Of a DNA stretch of 64,000 bases, positions 35,876 to 45,959 are shown piece after piece. The position numbers and the translations under genes were made by a program. Source of the DNA: Centroscyllium fabricii (taxonomy: Eukaryota). The notes beneath the pieces were generated by a model. It worked only from the letters and a program-made list of their open reading frames with translations, searched no databases and had not been told where the DNA came from. The stretch's first letter is position 1; each line of letters opens with the position of its first letter. The stretch is taken from NCBI GenBank assembly GCA_051313645.2, contig JBNRSN020000012.1:150598001-150662000 (forward strand). Direction: 5' to 3'.

Positions 35876-37528
35876 GGCTGCAAAGTGTAGTCGCAGGTCT
35901 GTCCAGGCCGAGAATCAAGGCTCCAATGAGCAGGGTGTGGCTGGAGAGCAAGGTAGACCCTCCCCCTTTGAGATCTGGCCGGCGCCAGTGTGTCTGTTCA
36001 GTCAGTAACTGACAGGTCCAGCGCTGCGCCCGCGCGTTGAGGTCGCATCTCAGTTCTCGGCCTTTGCACCTTAAGACTAGTGTGCAGCACCTGATTTAGT
36101 GCTGCAATCACCTCCAGGGGTGAGAAAACCCAAGTTTGCTGTTGGTGCCGCTAATTTATGCCACGCACTAAATTTAGCGCTGCGCCGAATATAGCAACCC
36201 AAACGTGGCAATATCGAATTTTTCCCCCCTAGTACTCTTAGTGGATCCAATTCTCAATATGCCTGATCAATGTAAAGTAGCAAGCAACAAAGACAATAAC
36301 ATGCTGAACTGCATAGCCATAACAGTAGATTAATATTGACAGGAACTCGTGCTCCGGACGGAGCGGTCGTTATGATGGCGCGCTGCTTCAAATCTAATTT
36401 GAAATTATGCTTCACCGAATTATTTTGAATTTAAATTTAATACATCGGCCTCGGGACGTCAGCAGAGAGTCTGGCCGATGGTTTAAGTTTAAATTTAGAT
36501 TTAATTTTTAAGTTTATCTTTGAGTTATGGGATTTTTGATGGTTTCGGGAGACCTGGCCATAGGCCTCGGACCTCCGATTCTTTGCTCACGGGGTGCGGG
36601 AGTTCGTGGATCCGTTGGGCCCGTTCTTGGGCCGAAGGGCAGCCCCCGGTCGGCCGTTTCTTTAGTCCCGAGGTGCGGGAGCTCGAGGATCAGCTGGGCC
36701 CGTTCTCGGGCCGAAGGGCAGCTCCCCGGTCGGCCATTTCTTCAGTCCTGAGGTGCAGGAGCTCGTGGATCAGCTGGGCCCGTTCTCGGGAAAAAGGTTG
36801 GAAATCGGGCCTCCTATTCTTCGTTCCCAAATGCTGGAGTTCGTCAAATTCGGCGGTTCATTGGTTGATCTGCTGTAATTCAATCTTCACTTCCGGAGTA
36901 CGAGAGTCTGGCGGTTCGCTGGGCATGTTCTCGGGCCGAAGGTCGGGCACTGGACTCCATTCTTCACTCACGGAGTGCGGGATTTTTACTCCCATAACCA
37001 TCAAAAACCTCGATTCAGCAGTGCATCGCAGTAAAGGAAGAAGGTTAACAACATCGAATTAAAGAGCCGGAGCATTAGCGGGCCCTCAACGATGGCGCCG
37101 GAGAATGGCTTGACGTCTTTGTTATGTTTGTGTTCTGAAGAATGAGGCTTGATTTAATAAACAAGTAATCACTTTATTTTCATAGCAAGTTCAGCAGCTT
37201 GCAGCTTGCAGCAGTCTCACAGAATCCAACATGTCTGCTTAGTTTCAGTTTCCCTTGTACCCAACCCTGTACTCTGAACTCTGAACTCTGAACTCTCCAC
37301 CTCGTGGAACTCTCCACCTAGTGGACAGAACGTGACCACATCTAATCATTACATCCCCCTTTCCTTGAGGCAAAATGCAATACAGGTAAACTAACAAATC
37401 ACAGGTGTCAGTTATCTGAACCATTTCTCATTGAAATGTTATCTTGCAACATACACCAATTCTCCATATATGTGGCATGAATTAACCTGTAAGAAACATC
37501 AACAAATTACACACTTTGTTTACAATAA

Positions 37529-40500
37529 TCAACAATTAGCAATCAGTCTTTCGGGTTTCCTGATTTCTCTTGTGGATTTCCTTACCACAGGTTCACTTGG
37601 AGTGTTTGTGTTGGTGTTACAGTCTGTAGGGGTTGGAGCGATGGACTGAGACTCACTGTGTGCTTCACTGAGCTCTCGAACAGTCTCTGGTGGAGTCTTT
37701 AACAAACTGCGGCGATTGCGTCTGAGGATTTGTCCTTCCTTGGTCCTCACAGTGAACGACTGTGGAGCTACTTCTTGAAGAACAGTGGCTCTTGTCCTCC
37801 ACCCATCTGCATCCTCTATCCTGACTGTGTCACTGCTTGACAGTGATGGAAGGTGCTTGGCTGTCCTGTCGTAGAATGACTTCTGTTTCATTTTCTGTTG
37901 TTTTAGCTTGTAGTCTAGCTTTGGACATTTCTTTGGTTTTGAGTAACTCGGCAGTGTAGTACGCAGCTTTCGATGCATCAGCAGCTCAGCCGGTGATAGC
38001 CCGCACTCGAGAGGTGATGCTCTGTAGCTGAGTAGAGCAAGGTATGGATCTGAGTCACCGTCAGCTGCTTTCTTTAGGAGTTGCTTGAGAATGTGAACTC
38101 CCTTTTCAGCTTTCCCATTGGACTGTGCATACAGAGGGCTTGACGTGACATGCATGAAGTCATACTGCTCTGCAAACCTCTGCCAGTCTGCGCTGTTGAA
38201 ACATAGGCTGTTGTCACTCACCACTGTGTTTGGAATGCAATGTCTGGCGAAGATGGATTTTGTGTGCGTTATGACACAGGCTGACGTTGTGTTTGATAGC
38301 AATGCCATCTCAGGGAAGTTTGAGTAATAGTCAATGACCACTAAATAGTCTTTACCCTTGAGATGAAACAAGTCCATTCCTACTTTTTGCCATGAAGCTG
38401 TTGGCACATCAGCTACCACCATAGGTTCTTTGCTTTGCTTGTTTCTGTGTTTCTGGCATGTGTCACATTTGCTTATTAGTGTCTCAATGTCTTTGTTAAT
38501 TCCAGGCCAGAAGACTGTGTCTCTCGCCCTCCTTTTACACTTTTCGACACCGAGATGTCCTTCATGGATCCTGTCCAGTATGTCCTCTCTCAACTCTCGT
38601 GGAATGACAATCCTGCTTTTCTTCAGTAACATTCCATCGACTACACTGAGTTCACTTCTGATATGGTAGAACAGTGGACAGGAACCCACCGGCCATCCTT
38701 CATCCATGTTTTGAATGACACGTTGTAGCTCTGTGTCTTTTGCTGTTGCTTCAGCTATTTGTCTGGACTTAGTGTCTGACACAGGCAGCGTAGCAGACAC
38801 CAAGTTCACATGGCTTTGAACATCCTCATCAGTTGCACTCACACAGTTTCCAGTAGTTGCTCTTGAGAGTGCATCGGCGAGTATCAGGTGTTTTCATGGT
38901 GTGTAGATCAATTCAAAGTCGTATCGCTGCATTCTCATCATTAGACGTTGAATCCGTGGGGACATTTCGTTTAGATTCTTTTTGATGATGGTGACTAGTG
39001 GACGATGATCTGTCTCTACCGTAAAAGAGGGTAAGCCATATATATAGCTGTGGAATCGCTCTAGGCCATACGCCAGTCCTAGGCATTCTTTTTCGATCTG
39101 AGCATAACGACGCTCAGCTTCAGTCATGGCCCTGGATGCATAGGCTACAGGTTTCCAGTGCTCGCCCTCAGCCTGTAAGAGAACTGCACCAATTCCGTCC
39201 TTGGAGGCGTCTGTCGACACTTTGATCCTTTTCGTGTGGTCATAAAATGTCAACACTGGCACGGTGGTCAGTGTGTTTTTGAGCTTTTTCCACTCATTTT
39301 CATGTTTGTCTGTCCATTTGAACTCAGTCTCATTGTGCAGGAGTTCACGGATGCATGATGTTTTCGCAGTCAAATTGGGAAAGAATTTACCTATGAAGTT
39401 GACCATCCCAATGATGCATAGCACACCTGTCTTGTCCGTGGGCCTGGGCATATTCTGTATGGCATGTATTTTTTCTTTGTCCGGCTGGACACCTTGTGCA
39501 GAGAGCCTGTCTCCCAGAAAGATGAGTTCTTGAACTCCAAACTGGCATTTGCTCTTGTTGAGTTTCAGTCCATATTTTCGTATGCGCTCCATCACTTTGT
39601 TCAGCCTCTGATTGTGCTCTTGGACTGTACAGCCCCAGATGATGATGTCATCAATGTAGACCCGAACGCCACCCAACCCCTCGATGATCTGTTCCATTGC
39701 TCTATGAAATATTTCAGGTGCTGATTTTATTCCAAAAGGCAGTCTGAGAAAGCAATATCTGCCGAAGGGCGTGTTAAAGGTGCAGTATTTGGTGCTGCTT
39801 TCGTCCAATTTTAGTTGCCAGAAGCCTTGTGATGCGTCGAGCTTTGTGAAGTAACCGGCGCCCGCCATTTCGCTGGTGATTTCTTCACGTGTGGGTATTT
39901 GATAGTGTTCACGCTTTATGTTCTCATTCAAATCTTTTGGGTCCATACATATTCTCAACTCGCCATTCTTTTTCTTTGTGGCCACCATCGAGTTCACCCA
40001 ATCTGTAGGCTCCTCTATCTTCTGTATCACACCCAGCGTGGTCATCCTATCAAGCTCTTTCTTTAGGCGGTCTCTCAGTGGTGCTGGGACTCTGCGTGGA
40101 GCATGCACCACTGGCTGTGCGTTTTCTTTCAGCTGGATTTTATATGTGAATGGCAGTACACCAAACCCCTTGAAAACGTCTTCAAAGTTTTGTACTATAG
40201 AGTCAATGGAGTCACTTGATGTACTCACGGCTGTGTTGATGCGATACACTCTTTTCACCAGCCCTAAACCTTCACATGATTTATCACCCAGCAGTGATTC
40301 GCATCCTTCAGCCACAACAGAGAAGAGTAGATGATGCACTTTTTCTTTCACTGTGATGTTCAGTCTGCATGTGCCTAAACACTGAATAGGCTGTCCATTG
40401 TAGTCTTTCAGTCCTGACATTTTCCTCTTTATTTGTGGCTTATCTTTCATTTCCTTGATATCAGACATGCTTATGAGATTTGCTTTTGCACCAGTGTCTA

Positions 40501-41473
40501 ATCTCATTGTGACTAGAGTCCCGTTTATTTGCAATGGTGCTATCCATTTATCTTCTTTAGTGGCATTATTTTCTTTTTGTTGCTCATTTTCTGACTCATT
40601 TTCACAGTTCACCATGCCAAAGAAAACCGTGTCACTGAGATCAGTTTCCTCCACTATGTTTACATATCTTCCTTTCTTCCCCTTTTTTCTTTTTGAGAAG
40701 CATTGTCTAGCAAAATGGTTTTTACCCTGGCAATTTGAGCATTGCTTATCAAAGGCTGGGCACTGTTTTGGCTTGTGCTGTGAGCCACAGTGCATGCAGT
40801 TGAACATCCCATCGTCTGCTCGCTGTGCAGGCCGGGTCTGTGGGCGCCTCCTCCCCTGGTATGACACCGCACCAACCGCTGCCGCACTGTCAATCACGTG
40901 CGCCGTTGTGGTTGCCGCCATTTCGCAGAACGTTTTCACTTGCTTGTGAGACAGTTCACTTGCCTGGCAGATCCTGATGGCTGCTTCCAGTGTCAGCTCC
41001 ATTTCCCTCAGTAGCCTTGCTCTGATCTTTTTATCCTCCACACCAAAAACGATCTGGTCCCTGATCATGGAGTCTTTTAGTGTTGCAAAGTTGCATGACT
41101 GCGCTTTTAGCCTCAAGTCAGTCAGAAAGCTATCAAAGGGCTCGAGCTGTTCCTGCATCCGAGATCGAAATACGTATCGCTCATACATCTCGTTCTTCTT
41201 TGGAGAGCAGTGAGCATCAAATTTATCAAGCACTACATCCAGTTTTTCATTATTATTTTGATTGGCAAACACGAACATATTAAATACTTCCATGGCCTGT
41301 GGCCCTGCTATTGTTAGCAATAACGCTACCTTCCTAGCATCCAGCTTTGTTTCCAGTCCCATGGCCGCAACGTAGAGGCGGAACTGCTGTTTGAAGGTGC
41401 GCCAATTTCCATCGACGTTCCCCGTTAGTTTCAAACTCTCCGGTGGTTTTAAATCCATGATGTTGTCGCTCAT
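37529..41473 (-). pseudogene. gag-pol: single-frame gag-pol with one TGA (38896-38894)
   Basis: Two in-frame ORFs joined as YTP*KHL (canonical PGK); two CCHC knuckles, LDTGA, YIDD, RNase H, HHCC and DDE. Confidence 0.93.
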
Positions 41474-41499
41474 TTGTTATGTTTACTCACTTAGATTTT

Positions 41500-41512
41500 A
41501 CTCCTGGTACCA
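41500..41512 (-). promoter_or_regulatory. primer-binding site, tRNA-Leu
   Basis: TGGTACCAGGAGT directly after the 5' LTR. Confidence 0.8.
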
Positions 41513-42039
41513 TGTTATGTTCGTGTTCTGAAGAATGAGGCTTGATTTAATAAACAAGTAATCACTTTATTTTCATAGCAAGTTCAGCAGCTTGCAGCTT
41601 GCAGCAGTCTCACAGAATCCAACATGTCTGCTTAGTTTCAGTTTCCCTTGTACCCAACCCTGTACTCTGAACTCTGAACTCTCCACCTAGTGGAACACTC
41701 CACCTAGTGGACAGAACGTGTAACCACATCTAATCATTACAGTCTTGTTGCGGGTTCCGGGCGTGCTATGTACCTTATGTTCTTTTGTTGTTGGTTGATG
41801 TGTAGCGCATGTGGAATAGCAGTACCCATTTCACTGTCTGAGTTTTGTTCGGTTATGAGACAATAAAATTTACTTACTTACTTACTTATAGTGCTCTGGT
41901 CAGACTACAGTTTGAATACTGTGTCCAGTTCTGGTCACCATGACATTGGGAAATATTCAAGCATTGGAAACTGTACAGAGCAACCACGAGACTGATCCCT
42001 CATATTAATCTGAGGTATGAGGAAACACTTTGGAAACTT

Positions 42040-42197
42040 GGGAGGAAAAATTGAGTCACGCCCCCTTTGGGGCACTAATTTCGTCGGCGTCCCTGTGGCC
42101 GAAATTCATCGGTAACGCCCCAAGAAGGAAGCAGGACGCTACTGGAAGTGCCCCGTAGGCCGCTAACGGGAGGCGCAAAGCAACCGAATTTCTCCCC
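42040..42197. mobile_element. Harbinger-type MITE
   Basis: GGGAGGAAAAATT ... AATTTCTCCCC; TSD CTT; removal restores CR1 KLGLFNLE. Confidence 0.75.
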
Positions 42198-42223
42198 CTT
42201 GGGCTTTTCAACCTTGAAAGAAG

Positions 42224-42375
42224 GGGGTAAAATTTTGCCTTCACTGCACAGGCAGTAATGTGATGGTGCAGATCATTATAACGGCCAACATAGAAAGTCG
42301 GGTGGGTTCTATAATAGGCATGCGACTTGCTCTGCCAGATTACCACCTATGCGGTGAACATAAACATTTACCCTG
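42224..42375. mobile_element. possible degenerate MITE
   Basis: GGGGTAAAATTTT ... AAACATTTACCC interrupting the old CR1; TSD unclear. Confidence 0.4.
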
Positions 42376-42608
42376 AGCCCTGAGAGGTATGTAAGATAGT
42401 TAAGTGTATGCACAAGGTAAATCTATAGAATTATTTCAAATTAAATTAGGAGCAAGGGGATGCAGGTAAATAATAAGAGACAAATTTGGAACTGAGGTCA
42501 GGAAGCTCTTCTAAAGAGTGATAAGAACATGGAATGAAGTTCTGGACAGAGTAATAGAGGCAAAAACTCAGTAATTATTGAATTGGATGGTGCACTGGAG
42601 AAGACTGT

Positions 42609-43236
42609 GGGGGAGAAATTCATTATAGCCTCGTTTGGGGCGTTAAATTTTAAAAGTTGAGAAAATTAGCGCCAGGCGCTACTGCTTCTGAACTTTAAAA
42701 AAATGTGGTTTTGTCTTCCAGGAAGGAAGTGCACCAAAGCTTCTCGGAGTGCAATCGGCAGCAGGCGGGATGGAGACTTCAGCAGCACTCGACACTGGGC
42801 CTTGCAGCGCTATCGCGTTCAAAGCAGAGTGCCGGGCTGATCGATCACGGGCAGGAAGCCGGGAAAAATCGGGATCAAAAAAGGTACGTTTTTTTAAATT
42901 TCGCTCGGCCAGCTCGCCTTTAATCATCGCCCCCGAAGCGGCTGGCCGCCCGATACACGCCTCCTGCAGCTGTCAGTGTTTTCGACCGGCACTGCTGCAG
43001 GGGGCGGAAGTCAATTTTTGAGTCCGGCGTGCCACTGGGGCAATGCACACGACGATGTTGTCATGAGCTCCGGCTGAAGGAGACCAGGGTGCAACGCCAT
43101 AGCACCAATGCAAAACTCCTGCCAAATATGGTGGGAGTCGATGTCAGCGCCGCGCCCTGTCGCAAAGCCATTTGCACCATGTTAGTGCCCCCCGAGAGTA
43201 CTAACGGGAGGTGCAAAGGCACCCAATTTCTCCCCC
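42609..43236. mobile_element. Harbinger-type MITE
   Basis: Perfect 12-bp TIR GGGGGAGAAATT; TSD TGT. Confidence 0.85.
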
Positions 43237-43294
43237 TGTAGGTCTTTTTGGTTGGACTTCCTCATCCATAATTATCTTGTGAAGTCATAGGCTC

Positions 43295-44000
43295 CATTTC
43301 AATGAAGGCGAGCACGCAGGTGCAGCAGGCGGTTAGGAAGGCAAATGGTGTGTTGGCCTTCATATCAAGAGGGTTCGAGTATAGGAATAAGGATACCTTA
43401 CTACAGCTGTACAAGGCACTGGTGAGACCACACCTCGAGTATTGTGTACAGTTCTGGTCGCCTCGCCTGAGGAAGGATGTTCTTGCCATGGAAGGAGTGC
43501 AGCGGCGTTTCACCAGGCTGATTCCTGGAATGGCAGGAATGACCTACGAGGAGGATTATGTAGTCTGGGCTTGTACTCGTTGGAGTTTAGAAGATTGAGA
43601 GGCGATCTCATTGAGACGTATAAAATTCTGAAAGGTCTGGACAGGTTAGATTCAGAGAGAATGTTTCCAATGGCGGGGGAGTCCAGAACCAGGGGCCACG
43701 GTCTAAGAATAAGGGGTAAACCATTTAGGACAGACATGAGGAAGAATTTCTTCACTCAGAGAGTGGTGGGCCTGTGGAATTCCTTGCCACAGAGGGCGGT
43801 GGAGGCCAGTTCATTAAACATATTCAAGAGGGAATTGGATATATTTCTTCAAGCTAAAGGGATTAAAGGTTACGGAGAAAAGGCAGGGACGGGGTACTAG
43901 CTTGCTAAAGATCAGCCATGATCTCATTGAATGGCGGAGCAGGCTCGAAGGGCTGAATGGCCTACTCCTGCTCCTATCTTCTATGATTCTATGATTCTAT
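43295..44000 (+). mobile_element. 5'-truncated CR1 LINE
   Basis: LYKALVRPHLEYCVQFW and FFTQRVVGLWNSLP; tail (TTCTATGA)n. Confidence 0.92.
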
Positions 44001-44049
44001 AACAGCTTTTTGCTCACTCATTGCTTCCCAGTCTTTTTTTAATTAATTT

Positions 44050-44782
44050 TTTTAAGGGATGTGGGCGTCGCTGGCAAGGCCAGAATTTATTGCTCATCCC
44101 TAATTGCCCTTGAGAAGGTGGTGGTGAACCGCCTTCTTGACCCGCTGCAGTCTGTGTGGTGAAGGTACTCCCACAGTGCTGTTAGGTAGGGAGTTCTAGG
44201 ATATTAACCCAGTGACGATGAAGGATCGGTGATATACTTCCAAGTCAGGATGGAGTGTGACTTGGAGGTAAACTTGGAGGTCGGTGGTGTTCCCATGAAC
44301 CTGCTGCCCTTGTCCTTCTAGGTGGAAGAGGTTGCATGTTTGGTAGGTGCAGCCAAAGAAGCCTTGGCGAGTTGATGCAATGCATTTTGTAGATGGTACA
44401 TACTGTAGCCAAAGTCACTGCTGGTGGAGGGAGTGAATGTTTAAGGTGAATGTTTAAGGTGGTGGATAGGCTGCCAATCAAGCAGGCTGCTTTGTTCTGG
44501 ATGGTGTCGAGCTTCTTGAATGTTGTTGGAGCTGCACCCATCCAAGCAAGTGGAGAGTATTCCATCACATTCCTTACTTGTGCCTTGTAGATGGTGGAAA
44601 GGCTTTGAGGAGTCAGGAGGTGAGACACTCACTGCAACATGCATAGCCTCTGACCTGCTCTTGTTGCCACAGTATTTATGTGGCTGGTCTAGTTAAGTTT
44701 CTGGTTAATGGTGACCCCCAGGATGTTGATTCTGGGGGATTCGGCGATGGTAATGCCGTTGAATGTCAAGGGGAGGTGGTTA
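44050..44782 (-). mobile_element. CR1/L2-group LINE 3' fragment
   Basis: IYKAQVRNVMEYSPLAW..LDTIQNKAACLI ORF2 C-terminus; AATAAA-like motif and A-rich end. Confidence 0.8.
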
Positions 44783-45235
44783 AATGCAAATGCAGCTGAT
44801 TGCTGACAGATTGTTACAAAAAATAGGAAAATGTTTCATTCATTCCACAGCAAGGACATTTTTCACCATGAATAAATGGGAAAAACCAACAGGCCAGCAA
44901 TTCCCAATCCAAGGCCTCTGCTGCCCTTTGTTTGGGACTATAACCAGTTCTAAGGCTTTTTTGTTAACAGTGCTGGATCTCCGAGGATGGGCTAGGGAAG
45001 GATGGCTGGTAGGAGCATACCTATGGTCAAGCAGCCACCAAATGTTGTTGAACAACAACTGTGAGAAGACCAACAACAAAACCAATACCCTGGCATAATA
45101 CTGGGCAGGTTGAGAGTTTACTTTATAAAAAAAGTGAGGGAGCAGGAAAAATTGAAAATTACAAAGCAACAATATTAACACCGACATTGATACAATCCTG
45201 CAGTTCCTTCAGGGAAATAAATTCCTCTTCCATTT

Positions 45236-45440
45236 GAATCATAGAATCATAGAAAGTTACAGCAAGGAAGGAGGCCATTTCGGCCCATTGTGTCCGCACC
45301 AGCCAACAAAGAGCTATCCAGCTTAATCTCACTTTCCAGTTCTTGGTCCATAACCCTGCAGGTTAGAGCATCCTAAGTGCACATCCAAGTACTTTTTAAA
45401 TGTGGTTAGGGTTCCTGCCTCTACCACCCCTTTCAGGCAT
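45236..45440 (-). mobile_element. CR1 3' end fragment
   Basis: Plus-strand (ATCATAGA)n tail, and similarity to 19420-19600 on the opposite strand. Confidence 0.75.
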
Positions 45441-45959
45441 TTGTTCTGTCAATAACAAACAAGAAGGTTCACGCTTACTGAAAAGTTGTTGAATGACTTA
45501 CAACAGCCTGGAAATATTGCCAGATTTCCTTAAGGGAAGTGTTGGTAGAGTTGCGTTGCTCATTGTCAGCTTGTTTGAAGTGAAGACCCTCATATCTTTT
45601 CTCGCCCTTCTGCCCCCCTCTGCCCCCGCACCCGTACAGACATTAAGACTGATTCCTACCTACTGTTGCCTTTTGAAAAATAAACGCATGTAGAAATTAT
45701 AATCATTGCCTGTGCTACAGGTGTTTAAACCATTTTTATGGTGTGCTGAAATGGGTTCAGGGTCACAAGGGGCTACTTTGGCACAAACCGAAGCCAAGTT
45801 CTAAAGTAGAACTGCGTTAAGCACATAACATTTGAGTTCATCGTTGCCTTTGGGTCATTGTTACTGTACATGCATTTGTGTATTTATGTTTTATTAATTT
45901 TTTGTAAACTCTGTGTGTGTCTGTGTTCCATCTGTTGCCCCAGCAGGGGATCTGATATG

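Larger units (their letters stand above)
29041..36228 (+). mobile_element. PIF/Harbinger DNA transposon, two convergent genes, carrying a nested LTR element
   Basis: TIRs GGGAGAAAAATTCG / CGAATTTTTCCCCC (13 of 14 match); 3-bp TSD CTA. Confidence 0.9.
37120..41741 (-). mobile_element. Mag-like Ty3/Gypsy LTR retrotransposon, near intact
   Basis: LTRs 37120-37353 and 41513-41741; TSD GTCTT; PBS TGGTACCAGGAGT (tRNA-Leu); PPT AAGGAAAGGGGGA. Confidence 0.95.
36355..41888 (+). mobile_element. non-coding LINE-tail retroelement (36355-37119 plus 41742-41888) split by a Gypsy element
   Basis: About three ~79-bp units from 36593; tail CATTTCACTGTCT..GACAATAAAA(TTAC)n; interrupts the old CR1. Confidence 0.6.
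23421..43282 (+). pseudogene. old CR1 ORF2/3' end fragmented by nested insertions (pieces 23421-23651, 28083-29040, 36229-36354, 41889-42039, 42198-42223, 42376-42608, 43237-43282)
   Basis: Collinear CR1 peptides across junctions: NSREFFQY, ENDH|RAVNVLNDCF, RDL|VLLVD, YSALVRLQFEYCVQFW, KL|GLFNLE. Confidence 0.7.

Noticed and set aside
38894-38896. Readthrough or selenocysteine TGA
   Set aside because: It falls in the conserved PGK motif and is one substitution from GGA
36349-41896. GTGCTC as TSD of the non-coding retroelement
   Set aside because: Both copies fit separate positions of the host CR1 frame (ELVL and YSAL), so the match is likely coincidental
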